Source: Setoptus koraiensis
Lineage: Eukaryota; Animalia; Arthropoda
DNA length: 64,000 bases
NCBI GenBank assembly: GCA_048013815.1
Contig: CM106585.1
Span: 15,376,001-15,440,000 of the forward strand
Direction of reading: 5' to 3'
Under the pieces are notes generated by a model that saw nothing but the letters and a program-made list of their open reading frames with translations, was not told the DNA's origin and did no database searches. Shown here one piece after another: positions 45,273 to 58,558 of the stretch (position 1 is its first letter; each line of letters begins with the position of its first letter). The position numbers were made by a program, and so were the translations under genes.

Positions 45273-46606
45273 GCAACGCCCTCTATGTCTGGACACACAA
45301 AACAGGCGAATGGAATGTTGTTCGAAAGGACTTCGCTGTGTAACTTGCATAGTTTGAGAGGGAAAAAAAACTTAACGGACATTCTTAAAGCAACTCAACA
45401 TTTGCTTGTTTTCTTTGCTTCACCTGTGTAACGGTACAAGCAGTTGTTACGCAATAGCTGCTATACTTGTGCTCCCAGTTCGGTGAGCTTCAACATGAGG
45501 TTATAACTGTGTTATGTAACATAGGGGACAGTGCCTGGTTGCATTATAGGGCCAGTATAAGTAAATAAGTAAAGTCGGAGACAAGCTATAATGGGCTTAA
45601 AACATTGTCGACTCTCTCAAATACTGTAAAGTTATTGCAATACAAAACGGCCCCCTAGCGGACGTTTCTTGCGCAATAAATTTAGCTCTCTCTACATCCA
45701 TATCGCATTGTAAATGCAAGGCGCCTGTTTTATCGTGCAATCAACAACAATGACTCTGTTACTCAACCAAAGGTGTCCAGTGTGTTAAATGTTGCAAACA
45801 GCTGATCGGCCAAAAAATAGTTTATGTGTCGTAACAAGTCATCAGGTGCTTGCAGCAAGATAGTTAGAGCAACAGCAGCAGACTAACAACTAAAATTGCC
45901 AATTACGAAATTCAGTCGGATATCCTGACAAGCTGGCCAGTTATTGGATCAATATCAATATATTTAAATTTCAATACAATATACTCTTTGGAGCCTACAA
46001 AAACAGACCCCGTTGCACATAATATACAGGCGAAATTTCACCTAAAACAAGTACACATAAACAACAACGTATACAACTACAAAAACAAGTACAAATATTT
46101 ATTACGTCAGCACAACAGCAATAGCTGTGCTTTATTGTGGACTAGTTGTACTAATGATACATTAGTAAGCATTCGGATTCTTCATAGCCATTGTAGACAT
46201 TTGGACAATCAAATGAGTAGCAACTAGCTATTATTACGATTTATAATTATCATTAACCAATGTATTGTGTGCAACGCCATCTCACCAACAAGCTAGATAT
46301 TCAATCGCACATTTTCTAGTGGATACGCACTGTCAGGTTTACTCCAGCTACCCCGCTGCCAATTTTTCTAGTAACAATAGATTGATGGATACACAGGACA
46401 CAGAATAAGTATATCACCAGACCAGCAAATCAACGCGAGTTCAATTAGATCCCTGAGTACTCACAGAAACAATTCGAGGGATACTCAGACGAGATAAGGT
46501 AGTTTTTCATGGGCAAAATTATATTATGCCTAAGTAATTGTATATGATATTCCACCAACAATAATAATCATAATAGCCGTTCAGCTCTAGCGGAGGCTGG
46601 TGCAAC

Positions 46607-48316
46607 ATGTCCGACTCATCAATCAAAACCATTACTGATACTAATGTTAATAGCAATAGTACTACTAACAATGATAGCAACAACAACAAAAACAACAACA
46701 ACAATGGTACCAACTCGAGCCACGGCAAAACTAATCTAGTTGATAGTGTGAGGAGCAAGCTCGAAGCTGGCCACGGAGAATGCCTGTTCAGGTTAGGCGA
46801 ATCTCTCGTGGATGAGACTCAAAATGGATTGACGGACGAACAAATGGCATTAGCAATCACGGATCTGACTATAGCAGTGGAAAGACTTAACGCAAATTAT
46901 GTGAAGCTCAGACAGATTCCCACCGAACGCAAGAGGTACATAAATGAATATCTAATCAGATCTAGAGCGCCAGAGGACGACTTCCAAGAGATTCGTGTTG
47001 CCGTTGTTGGAAATGTGGACGCCGGCAAGTCTACACTATTGGGAGTGCTTACCTACGGCGAGCTCGATAATGGTCGTGGTTTGGCTAGGCGGAGACTGTT
47101 CAGGCATAAACACGAATTTGAATCTGGTAGAACGTCCTCAGTGGGCAACGACATATTGGGCTTCGATAGTCAGGGTAATGTAGTCAACGAAACGGAAGCA
47201 CGAGCGGGCCATCTGAATTGGAATAATATTTGTAAGAAATCATCAAAGGTTATCACATTCTTAGATCTAGCCGGACATGAAAGATACCTCAAAACAACCA
47301 TTTTTGGTATGACCGGCCACAATCCGGATTTTGTTATGCTACTCATTGGCTCCAATTCTGGTATAGTAGGAATGACTAAAGAACATTTGGGCCTCGCTTT
47401 GGCGCTCAATGTACCCGTTTTTGTAATAGTATCTAAGATTGATATGTGCCCTCCAAATGTTCTCGCAAATACGCTCAATACTCTGCAGAGGTTACTCAAG
47501 TCACCGGGTTGTAGAAAAATACCGCTTATCGTAGCTAACGAAGACGATGTTGTTATGGGAGCCACTAACTTCGCCACCGAAAGGTTGTGTCCAATATTTC
47601 AAATATCAACTGTAGCTGGTACAAATTTGAACTTATTGAAGATGTTCCTCAATTTGTTGATGACTAGAACACCTAAATCGGACAATGACACCGCCTGTTA
47701 TGTGATCGACGATATACACCAGGTGCCAGGAGTGGGCACTGTCGTATCTGGTCTTATCTCTAAAGGAGTCATCAGAGTGAACGACGTCCTTTATTTAGGC
47801 CCTGATTCCGTCGGAGAATACCAACACGTCTCAATAAGATCTATTCATAGGAAGCGAATGCCTGTTGCCGAGGTTCACAGTGGACAGACTGCCTCATTTG
47901 GTTTGAAAAAAATCAAAAGATCGGAGGTGCGAAAGGGAATGGTGATGATGGCCTCGCCAACTCCACCTTTGGCTTATTGGGAATTCACTGCTGAAATACT
48001 AATTCTACATCATGCCACTACCATAAGTGTCAGATATCAAGCGGTTATTCATTGCGGTAGCATTAGACAAACGGCACAAATATTAAATATGGACGCTGAA
48101 TGCCTCAGGACTGGAGACAAAGCTTCAGTGCATTTCAGATTTATCAAGAATCCTGAATATTTAAGACTCGGCCAAAAGATGATCTTTCGCGAGGGTAGAA
48201 CCAAAGCAATAGGAACAATAGCCTCTATCGAAGTTGGTTGTTCTCCGCCTAAACCGCGTGAGAAGGCTCTCAGAGAGGACGCCAACAGGAAGGTTAGAAG
48301 CCGGAGAAATCCCTGA
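46607..48316 (+). CDS. GTPBP1: GTP-binding protein 1 (translational GTPase), intronless, 569 aa
   Basis: [19 protein letters not shown] (G1), [33 protein letters not shown] (G3), SKID (G4), and EF-Tu-like domains II/III. Confidence 0.95.
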   Translation: MSDSSIKTITDTNVNSNSTTNNDSNNNKNNNNNGTNSSHGKTNLVDSVRSKLEAGHGECLFRLGESLVDETQNGLTDEQMALAITDLTIAVERLNANYVKLRQIPTERKRYINEYLIRSRAPEDDFQEIRVAVVGNVDAGKSTLLGVLTYGELDNGRGLARRRLFRHKHEFESGRTSSVGNDILGFDSQGNVVNETEARAGHLNWNNICKKSSKVITFLDLAGHERYLKTTIFGMTGHNPDFVMLLIGSNSGIVGMTKEHLGLALALNVPVFVIVSKIDMCPPNVLANTLNTLQRLLKSPGCRKIPLIVANEDDVVMGATNFATERLCPIFQISTVAGTNLNLLKMFLNLLMTRTPKSDNDTACYVIDDIHQVPGVGTVVSGLISKGVIRVNDVLYLGPDSVGEYQHVSIRSIHRKRMPVAEVHSGQTASFGLKKIKRSEVRKGMVMMASPTPPLAYWEFTAEILILHHATTISVRYQAVIHCGSIRQTAQILNMDAECLRTGDKASVHFRFIKNPEYLRLGQKMIFREGRTKAIGTIASIEVGCSPPKPREKALREDANRKVRSRRNP

Positions 48317-50829
48317 GAAAATAAATGGATTTTTTTTATCATTTCAGTCAGTTTTTGTTGTTGCCATTTTGAAAGACTATATATGCTGATTGAATAGACA
48401 TATCGCATAACATCTACATTATGTATACATTTTACATTGTTATACAAATCGTTTCTTAGCGATTGTTAGAATATTTTTTTAGAACTCTATAGTGACTTCT
48501 TTTTCAGATATCCAAGAGGAAAAACAAAACAAATCAGACGGATCGCCACTCCTCCGTTCCAACATGGGATAGACAACCTAAAATTCATCTCGACGATAAT
48601 AAACTTATGATTGTTAGAATCAATAATGCCAAGTTCTTTGTATTGAATTACTGACGCAAGCAATCGTCCTTATCTTATCATCGTTTAGGTGGGCTCATTC
48701 GATCGAGTTGGAATTGGCAGCATTACAAAGGTATAATTGACAGGGTGTAACTATGATTTGTTGTCTCTCGCAGTTATCTCATAGATATTCTAACACTATT
48801 AGACTACTACTAGACTAATGCTAGACTAATAAGGTTTTAGCAGCAACAAACAAGTGAAGAAGTCATCATCGCTAGCATGCAGATTTCGACTCATTCATGC
48901 AAACTAACAAGTTTATATCTAACTGAACGTGATCTATGATAATTAATGGCAACAAAGCATGGCTGGTTAACCAGATAAACAACAACACTAATGGGCTAGA
49001 TTAAAGATGGATTATAACTGTATAGTTGACGGTAGAGTAAACTGTGAAGACAGCGCCATCACTTGATAATTATCACTCAATTTACAGAATATGTTGAGAT
49101 TATCTTCGCTTATTTTCGATGCGACTAAATGCAATAAATGAATGCGATGACGTAAAGTTAATACCCATGCTCGAGAATTCAAGCCGCACATATACGATAG
49201 ATAGTTAAACTAGGTGACGGGCATAACGGCATGCGGAGCAAAAGGGCGACTAAAGTAGCAAAGAAGAAGAGTTGAGTTAAAATTCAAGATCAAGCGTTTT
49301 TTCAAAAACTATTGCGTTTATATGTCAATTGTTGTCTAAGCTCAACTAGCTTAGTAGTTGGATTGGTTTCAAATGTTCACAATCATCTCAGTTCATGATT
49401 GTTATAAAATAATTGTTGTTATGTGCATTAACGTTGTGTTTCACGCCGTGATGACGAAGAATTTCAACTAGTGATCTAAGAAACTAACAAAATTGATAAT
49501 AATTATAAAGAACGGTGGTTAACTAACTAACAGTTGATACACTTTTCACACGAACTCGCTCTTTATATGTGAGCTGCGCTTATTTTTATGCGTCCCCTCA
49601 TATATCACTAATTATTTGACAGAGATGAGCTGCCAAGCAAGCTGAAATATCTCATAATAATATATAAAGAGCATTTATCATGAGAAATATATATCCATGT
49701 TTGAATGTGTGTTTGCGCTCGAACGTCGTCGTGTGTCTCACTGGAGCTGTATCACAAATAGTAATAATAATAATAATACGAGCCTAGATTAAAGATAGTG
49801 AAGGGGGACAGAACAGTCAAGGTAAGCCGAAACTCTATTAAGACTGGCTGTCTGCATCTAGTAAAATTGCTTCGTTATATAGTTCATCATCTATACATAT
49901 GTACATATTACCCTTGATGTGAGATACACACACTATACATGCATAAGTATAATAATTATTGTTTTCTATACACAAGAAGCATCGGATCCGCTGTTTATCG
50001 ATGGTTCAGACGGTCGGTTGTTTGTTTTCATTTCATTTCAATTTGTTGTCTCACAAGTAGAACTTCCATCGTGATCTGGGTAATTTTGGACATTGTTTGC
50101 GAATAGCGAAGATACAATTTGCAAGTTTGCATTCGATTTTGAATCATGAGCATAGCTCCTCTGTGAGTTAATTAGTAGCGACTCAGTACGAGTGGCATAG
50201 GGGCGCAAATACTGCAGAGAGTAGCAACATTATCAAGTAGTAAAACAGCAACAACAACAACAACAAATAAACAAGCGTAGATAAATGCAACAACAATAGG
50301 CAGAAACAAAAAGTCCGCGAATAAATAGTTAGATTTAGTCAGTTGAAAACAACTAATTCATCAACTTGTGCCCCTGAAAGTGTGTCAGCAAACAATCGAC
50401 TATAACTTCTTCCTCTTTTTACCTAGGTATGATACAAAAGACATAAAAGATATCAAAGGAGAGTGAACACACCAGAAAACAATATCTCATTTGAATTGAA
50501 TATTATTGGACCGAACTTACAACTGATACTGTTTCATTGCGACGAAGATGATCCAAACTTAGTAAAATCTTATTACATTCAGACATTCAACAGTTGGAAG
50601 TCCGAAAAAAGAAGATGATGATGGAGACATATAGAAAAAGAAGAATAGCAGTAGTTTGAGTCCAACGTAACGAATCCATCGCGAATAAATAATGCTATTC
50701 TAATTGCTGAGTAAATAGTTATATGATTAGAGTAAACAATTTTAGTTCTGGAGAATATTAGTTTGAGCAGATGGTACATAAAGTTTTAGATTAGACATTA
50801 AACAAACAAAAAACAGAATAATTGTCACC

Positions 50830-53442
50830 ATGTCGGATGTTAATGGTCCTGAAGAAAGTCTAACTGTGTCCATACAAACAATGGAATCTTCGAATCCAAT
50901 CTCAATTGATTCAAACAATTGTAACACGAATGAACAGACCGAGATATACCTAGAACTTGCAAGCTATTCAAGCGAATCCGAGAATAACAACGAGATAAGA
51001 GGGGCAAACAACGAAAAAAAGTTGACCTCTGTTGTTGAAGACACAATAGAATATACTGATACTCCTGATATCACTAGCACCACTGCTAGCGCTGACAATA
51101 ACGCGAGATCATCTTCAACGATACAAGATACTGTTAATGTAGCAGAGCAACAGTGTAAATTTTCGTCAGTAAATCAAGATTATGACATAAGAGAGGAGCC
51201 CATTAAGGGCGAAAAAATTATAAATAATGAGGCAACATCAATAGCAATTAGCACATACGATGAAAGTAATGATGAGAATGCAGGCATAGAGATAGAACAA
51301 AAGACTGAAAGCAATGAAGAGAATATAGGCAAGAATAATGAGCTTAATAGTAGTAATAATAATAGTGACAATGAGGCAAAGATCGAAAATATGATGGCAG
51401 AAAAAGAAGAAAACCCTCTTGTTGCGTTGACTGAACTCAACTCGAGAATGGATGATGCTAATGAAGGCACCACGACAAAAGATGACTCTATAAACAGTTA
51501 TCGGGAACAACAACAACAGCAGCAACAACAACAGGACTACATAACAACTGTGGTGATTGAAGTTGTTCAGGGTCAAGGGGATAATTCTAGCGCAACAAAT
51601 ATCAAAACAAATGAAATAATTCGTTTAGAAAAGGACAACGAACAAATTGAGATTGAGCACACGATTGAGACGAGCAACCATCCAGAAACAGCCAACAAAT
51701 GTAATGATGAATTAGACAGGAACTGCTTTATGCGAGGTCAGGCTGACGATAATGAACAATCTGTGGATGGTAGTTGCGGACAAACGATATTTCATTTAGA
51801 GTCGAAACCGGGTATAAAAATAGGAAAAGAAGAAAAGGAGAAGGACTCCAACATTACGCAACAAGAGCAAGAAACTCTGTTGGCTTTGGGAATATTTGCA
51901 CGAAACATTGTGGAATGTGAAATCAGAAAGTATATTGAATCAATTATCGACACCATTGACAATAAATCAGCCATAGCGGATCTTCCACTAGATGAGACAG
52001 CCGACACAGAAACATATTTAAAAGCCGATAAAGAAACTGACGCAAAGAAAGCTTTCGAGGGAAGTGGCGAAACAGAGACTACAGAAATACCTGGGACGAC
52101 CGTCCAAGCAATCACTCAACCTAACGACGAACAATTAGCTGTCAGGGGAGAACAAACTCTTGGACTAGCAAGCGGTCATAGCGATAGGGTGGAGGACATA
52201 AACTTAGTTGATCCAGGACATGTTGACGAGATTAATTGGTTGGACGGGGCGAAACAGGATGAAATAGAGCAAACAGTTTCTAACAGAAGCAGTGATTTTA
52301 TTGAAAGAGAAAAAGAACTAAAAGGTAAAAATGACGATAATATTGGTGAAAGAAATGATAATATTTGTGATACAAACGAACAAGTAGAAACAGTTATAAT
52401 TAGTAGTACTATCAAGGAGGACATGGCTCTCAATAGTGACCATGCGATCAGCAGTGATACCCCAAACCAGCAGCTATTAAAAAGTCACAATGAAGCAACT
52501 GACCCAACTAAGCTGCCCATTGCCGGAAGTAGCGATGACATGAACCTTGCTGATGAGGAGTTTGATAATGATGTTGACGACGACGAAAAGGAGCCTCTAT
52601 TTGTGGCTCGTCAGGTTGTCATGAAAAGAAACAAAGATCCCAGAGATGAGTACAATTTAAAAGAGGAACTTGGACGAGGCAAATTTGGCACTGTGTACAA
52701 GTGCTCGGACAATACAAATGGTACACTATTAGCGGCTAAATTTATTCATTTGAGACGTAGAGAGGATCGCGAAGATGTTGAAAGAGAAGTGGACATAATG
52801 AAATCATTGCAACACAAGAGACTATTACAATTATATGATGCATTCGATGATGGGCACAATGAGATGTGTCTGATAATGGAGTTGGTTGAAGGCGGTGAGC
52901 TATTCGAGCGCGTTATAGACGACGATTTTAAATTGACAGAAAAAATGGCCGCCATATTTATGAGACAAATATGCGAAGGAGTGAGATATATGCATGAGCA
53001 AAATATTGTTCATCTAGATATGAAACCAGAGAATATATTGTGTGTATCTAAAAGAAGCAATCGTATTAAGCTGATTGATTTTGGTCTAGCCAGACGTTTA
53101 GAGCCTAATTCTAAATTGCAAGTTCTATTTGGAACGCCAGATTTTGCCGCACCGGAAGTGCTATCTTATGACTCAGTGACACTAGCTACAGACATGTGGA
53201 GCGTGGGTGTTATTTGTTATGTGCTACTATCGGGTTTGTCGCCATTTATGGGCGATACTGATCTAGAGACTATGACTAATGTAACAAAAGCGGCTTATGA
53301 TTTTGAAGACGAAGCATTCGATCCAATATCCGATTCAGCTCGGGACTTTATTTCCAGATTACTTGTCAAAGACCAAGCGCTTAGGATGAATCCAAGCTCA
53401 CATATGTATACATATCTCTACTCTTTTCTCCTCCTACCGTAG
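50830..53442 (+). CDS. Myosin light chain kinase-like (MLCK/DAPK group) Ser/Thr kinase with a long acidic N-terminus; C-terminus truncated at the palindrome centre
   Basis: ELGRGKFGTVY, AAKFI, EREVDIMKSLQHKRLLQLYDAF, HLDMKPENI, IDFGLARR, FGTPDFAAPE and DMWSVGVICYVLLSGLSPF. The expected ending (..CL.HPWL) is missing; the last codons run into adapter-like sequence. Confidence 0.85.
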   Translation: MSDVNGPEESLTVSIQTMESSNPISIDSNNCNTNEQTEIYLELASYSSESENNNEIRGANNEKKLTSVVEDTIEYTDTPDITSTTASADNNARSSSTIQDTVNVAEQQCKFSSVNQDYDIREEPIKGEKIINNEATSIAISTYDESNDENAGIEIEQKTESNEENIGKNNELNSSNNNSDNEAKIENMMAEKEENPLVALTELNSRMDDANEGTTTKDDSINSYREQQQQQQQQQDYITTVVIEVVQGQGDNSSATNIKTNEIIRLEKDNEQIEIEHTIETSNHPETANKCNDELDRNCFMRGQADDNEQSVDGSCGQTIFHLESKPGIKIGKEEKEKDSNITQQEQETLLALGIFARNIVECEIRKYIESIIDTIDNKSAIADLPLDETADTETYLKADKETDAKKAFEGSGETETTEIPGTTVQAITQPNDEQLAVRGEQTLGLASGHSDRVEDINLVDPGHVDEINWLDGAKQDEIEQTVSNRSSDFIEREKELKGKNDDNIGERNDNICDTNEQVETVIISSTIKEDMALNSDHAISSDTPNQQLLKSHNEATDPTKLPIAGSSDDMNLADEEFDNDVDDDEKEPLFVARQVVMKRNKDPRDEYNLKEELGRGKFGTVYKCSDNTNGTLLAAKFIHLRRREDREDVEREVDIMKSLQHKRLLQLYDAFDDGHNEMCLIMELVEGGELFERVIDDDFKLTEKMAAIFMRQICEGVRYMHEQNIVHLDMKPENILCVSKRSNRIKLIDFGLARRLEPNSKLQVLFGTPDFAAPEVLSYDSVTLATDMWSVGVICYVLLSGLSPFMGDTDLETMTNVTKAAYDFEDEAFDPISDSARDFISRLLVKDQALRMNPSSHMYTYLYSFLLLP

Positions 53443-53463
53443 TTGTTGTGAGAGAGTAGAGAT
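53414..53463. other. Degenerate PacBio SMRTbell hairpin adapter (contaminant)
   Basis: Observed ATCTCTACTCTTTTCTCCTCCTACCGTAGTTGTTGTGAGAGAGTAGAGAT versus the blunt adapter recalled as ATCTCTCTCTTTTCCTCCTCCTCCGTTGTTGTTGTTGAGAGAGAT. It sits exactly at the symmetry axis. Confidence 0.88.
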
Positions 53464-53466
53464 ATG

Positions 53467-56046
53467 TTACATATGTGAGCTTGGATTCATCCTAAGCGCT
53501 TGGTCTTTGACAAGTAATCTGGAAATAAAGTCCCGAGCTGAATCGGATATTGGATCGAATGCTTCGTCTTCAAAATCATAAGCCGCTTTTGTTACATTAG
53601 TCATAGTCTCTAGATCAGTATCGCCCATAAATGGCGACAAACCCGATAGTAGCACATAACAAATAACACCCACGCTCCACATGTCTGTAGCTAGTGTCAC
53701 TGAGTCATAAGATAGCACTTCCGGTGCGGCAAAATCTGGCGTTCCAAATAGAACTTGCAATTTAGAATTAGGCTCTAAACGTCTGGCTAGACCAAAATCA
53801 ATCAGCTTAATACGATTGCTTCTTTTAGATACACACAATATATTCTCTGGTTTCATATCTAGATGAACAATATTTTGCTCATGCATATATCTCACTCCTT
53901 CGCATATTTGTCTCATAAATATGGCGGCCATTTTTTCTGTCAATTTAAAATCGTCGTCTATAACGCGCTCGAATAGCTCACCGCCTTCAACCAACTCCAT
54001 TATCAGACACATCTCATTGTGCCCATCATCGAATGCATCATATAATTGTAATAGTCTCTTGTGTTGCAATGATTTCATTATGTCCACTTCTCTTTCAACA
54101 TCTTCGCGATCCTCTCTACGTCTCAAATGAATAAATTTAGCCGCTAATAGTGTACCATTTGTATTGTCCGAGCACTTGTACACAGTGCCAAATTTGCCTC
54201 GTCCAAGTTCCTCTTTTAAATTGTACTCATCTCTGGGATCTTTGTTTCTTTTCATGACAACCTGACGAGCCACAAATAGAGGCTCCTTTTCGTCGTCGTC
54301 AACATCATTATCAAACTCCTCATCAGCAAGGTTCATGTCATCGCTACTTCCGGCAATGGGCAGCTTAGTTGGGTCAGTTGCTTCATTGTGACTTTTTAAT
54401 AGCTGCTGGTTTGGGGTATCACTGCTGATCGCATGGTCACTATTGAGAGCCATGTCCTCCTTGATAGTACTACTAATTATAACTGTTTCTACTTGTTCGT
54501 TTGTATCACAAATATTATCATTTCTTTCACCAATATTATCGTCATTTTTACCTTTTAGTTCTTTTTCTCTTTCAATAAAATCACTGCTTCTGTTAGAAAC
54601 TGTTTGCTCTATTTCATCCTGTTTCGCCCCGTCCAACCAATTAATCTCGTCAACATGTCCTGGATCAACTAAGTTTATGTCCTCCACCCTATCGCTATGA
54701 CCGCTTGCTAGTCCAAGAGTTTGTTCTCCCCTGACAGCTAATTGTTCGTCGTTAGGTTGAGTGATTGCTTGGACGGTCGTCCCAGGTATTTCTGTAGTCT
54801 CTGTTTCGCCACTTCCCTCGAAAGCTTTCTTTGCGTCAGTTTCTTTATCGGCTTTTAAATATGTTTCTGTGTCGGCTGTCTCATCTAGTGGAAGATCCGC
54901 TATGGCTGATTTATTGTCAATGGTGTCGATAATTGATTCAATATACTTTCTGATTTCACATTCCACAATGTTTCGTGCAAATATTCCCAAAGCCAACAGA
55001 GTTTCTTGCTCTTGTTGCGTAATGTTGGAGTCCTTCTCCTTTTCTTCTTTTCCTATTTTTATACCCGGTTTCGACTCTAAATGAAATATCGTTTGTCCGC
55101 AACTACCATCCACAGATTGTTCATTATCGTCAGCCTGACCTCGCATAAAGCAGTTCCTGTCTAATTCATCATTACATTTGTTGGCTGTTTCTGGATGGTT
55201 GCTCGTCTCAATCGTGTGCTCAATCTCAATTTGTTCGTTGTCCTTTTCTAAACGAATTATTTCATTTGTTTTGATATTTGTTGCGCTAGAATTATCCCCT
55301 TGACCCTGAACAACTTCAATCACCACAGTTGTTATGTAGTCCTGTTGTTGTTGCTGCTGTTGTTGTTGTTCCCGATAACTGTTTATAGAGTCATCTTTTG
55401 TCGTGGTGCCTTCATTAGCATCATCCATTCTCGAGTTGAGTTCAGTCAACGCAACAAGAGGGTTTTCTTCTTTTTCTGCCATCATATTTTCGATCTTTGC
55501 CTCATTGTCACTATTATTATTACTACTATTAAGCTCATTATTCTTGCCTATATTCTCTTCATTGCTTTCAGTCTTTTGTTCTATCTCTATGCCTGCATTC
55601 TCATCATTACTTTCATCGTATGTGCTAATTGCTATTGATGTTGCCTCATTATTTATAATTTTTTCGCCCTTAATGGGCTCCTCTCTTATGTCATAATCTT
55701 GATTTACTGACGAAAATTTACACTGTTGCTCTGCTACATTAACAGTATCTTGTATCGTTGAAGATGATCTCGCGTTATTGTCAGCGCTAGCAGTGGTGCT
55801 AGTGATATCAGGAGTATCAGTATATTCTATTGTGTCTTCAACAACAGAGGTCAACTTTTTTTCGTTGTTTGCCCCTCTTATCTCGTTGTTATTCTCGGAT
55901 TCGCTTGAATAGCTTGCAAGTTCTAGGTATATCTCGGTCTGTTCATTCGTGTTACAATTGTTTGAATCAATTGAGATTGGATTCGAAGATTCCATTGTTT
56001 GTATGGACACAGTTAGACTTTCTTCAGGACCATTAACATCCGACAT
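53467..56046 (-). other. Mirror copy of the MLCK-like ORF (probably not a real second gene)
   Basis: Identical translation to 50830-53442 up to RMNPSSHM; lies in the right palindrome arm. Confidence 0.85.
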
Positions 56047-58558
56047 GGTGACAATTATTCTGTTTTTTGTTTGTTTAATGTCTAATCTAAAACTTTATGT
56101 ACCATCTGCTCAAACTAATATTCTCCAGAACTAAAATTGTTTACTCTAATCATATAACTATTTACTCAGCAATTAGAATAGCATTATTTATTCGCGATGG
56201 ATTCGTTACGTTGGACTCAAACTACTGCTATTCTTCTTTTTCTATATGTCTCCATCATCATCTTCTTTTTTCGGACTTCCAACTGTTGAATGTCTGAATG
56301 TAATAAGATTTTACTAAGTTTGGATCATCTTCGTCGCAATGAAACAGTATCAGTTGTAAGTTCGGTCCAATAATATTCAATTCAAATGAGATATTGTTTT
56401 CTGGTGTGTTCACTCTCCTTTGATATCTTTTATGTCTTTTGTATCATACCTAGGTAAAAAGAGGAAGAAGTTATAGTCGATTGTTTGCTGACACACTTTC
56501 AGGGGCACAAGTTGATGAATTAGTTGTTTTCAACTGACTAAATCTAACTATTTATTCGCGGACTTTTTGTTTCTGCCTATTGTTGTTGCATTTATCTACG
56601 CTTGTTTATTTGTTGTTGTTGTTGTTGCTGTTTTACTACTTGATAATGTTGCTACTCTCTGCAGTATTTGCGCCCCTATGCCACTCGTACTGAGTCGCTA
56701 CTAATTAACTCACAGAGGAGCTATGCTCATGATTCAAAATCGAATGCAAACTTGCAAATTGTATCTTCGCTATTCGCAAACAATGTCCAAAATTACCCAG
56801 ATCACGATGGAAGTTCTACTTGTGAGACAACAAATTGAAATGAAATGAAAACAAACAACCGACCGTCTGAACCATCGATAAACAGCGGATCCGATGCTTC
56901 TTGTGTATAGAAAACAATAATTATTATACTTATGCATGTATAGTGTGTGTATCTCACATCAAGGGTAATATGTACATATGTATAGATGATGAACTATATA
57001 ACGAAGCAATTTTACTAGATGCAGACAGCCAGTCTTAATAGAGTTTCGGCTTACCTTGACTGTTCTGTCCCCCTTCACTATCTTTAATCTAGGCTCGTAT
57101 TATTATTATTATTACTATTTGTGATACAGCTCCAGTGAGACACACGACGACGTTCGAGCGCAAACACACATTCAAACATGGATATATATTTCTCATGATA
57201 AATGCTCTTTATATATTATTATGAGATATTTCAGCTTGCTTGGCAGCTCATCTCTGTCAAATAATTAGTGATATATGAGGGGACGCATAAAAATAAGCGC
57301 AGCTCACATATAAAGAGCGAGTTCGTGTGAAAAGTGTATCAACTGTTAGTTAGTTAACCACCGTTCTTTATAATTATTATCAATTTTGTTAGTTTCTTAG
57401 ATCACTAGTTGAAATTCTTCGTCATCACGGCGTGAAACACAACGTTAATGCACATAACAACAATTATTTTATAACAATCATGAACTGAGATGATTGTGAA
57501 CATTTGAAACCAATCCAACTACTAAGCTAGTTGAGCTTAGACAACAATTGACATATAAACGCAATAGTTTTTGAAAAAACGCTTGATCTTGAATTTTAAC
57601 TCAACTCTTCTTCTTTGCTACTTTAGTCGCCCTTTTGCTCCGCATGCCGTTATGCCCGTCACCTAGTTTAACTATCTATCGTATATGTGCGGCTTGAATT
57701 CTCGAGCATGGGTATTAACTTTACGTCATCGCATTCATTTATTGCATTTAGTCGCATCGAAAATAAGCGAAGATAATCTCAACATATTCTGTAAATTGAG
57801 TGATAATTATCAAGTGATGGCGCTGTCTTCACAGTTTACTCTACCGTCAACTATACAGTTATAATCCATCTTTAATCTAGCCCATTAGTGTTGTTGTTTA
57901 TCTGGTTAACCAGCCATGCTTTGTTGCCATTAATTATCATAGATCGCGTTCAGTTAGATATAAACTTGTAGTTTGCATGAATGAGTCGAAATCTGCATGC
58001 TAGCGATGATGACTTCTTCACTTGTTTGTTGCTGCTAAAACCTTATTAGTCTAGCATTAGTCTAGTAGTAGTCTAATAGTGTTAGAATATCTATGAGATA
58101 ACTGCGAGAGACAACAAATCATAGTTACACCCTGTCAATTATACCTTTGTAATGCTGCCAATTCCAACTCGATCGAATGAGCCCACCTAAACGATGATAA
58201 GATAAGGACGATTGCTTGCGTCAGTAATTCAATACAAAGAACTTGGCATTATTGATTCTAACAATCATAAGTTTATTATCGTCGAGATGAATTTTAGGTT
58301 GTCTATCCCATGTTGGAACGGAGGAGTGGCGATCCGTCTGATTTGTTTTGTTTTTCCTCTTGGATATCTGAAAAAGAAGTCACTATAGAGTTCTAAAAAA
58401 ATATTCTAACAATCGCTAAGAAACGATTTGTATAACAATGTAAAATGTATACATAATGTAGATGTTATGCGATATGTCTATTCAATCAGCATATATAGTC
58501 TTTCAAAATGGCAACAACAAAAACTGACTGAAATGATAAAAAAAATCCATTTATTTTC

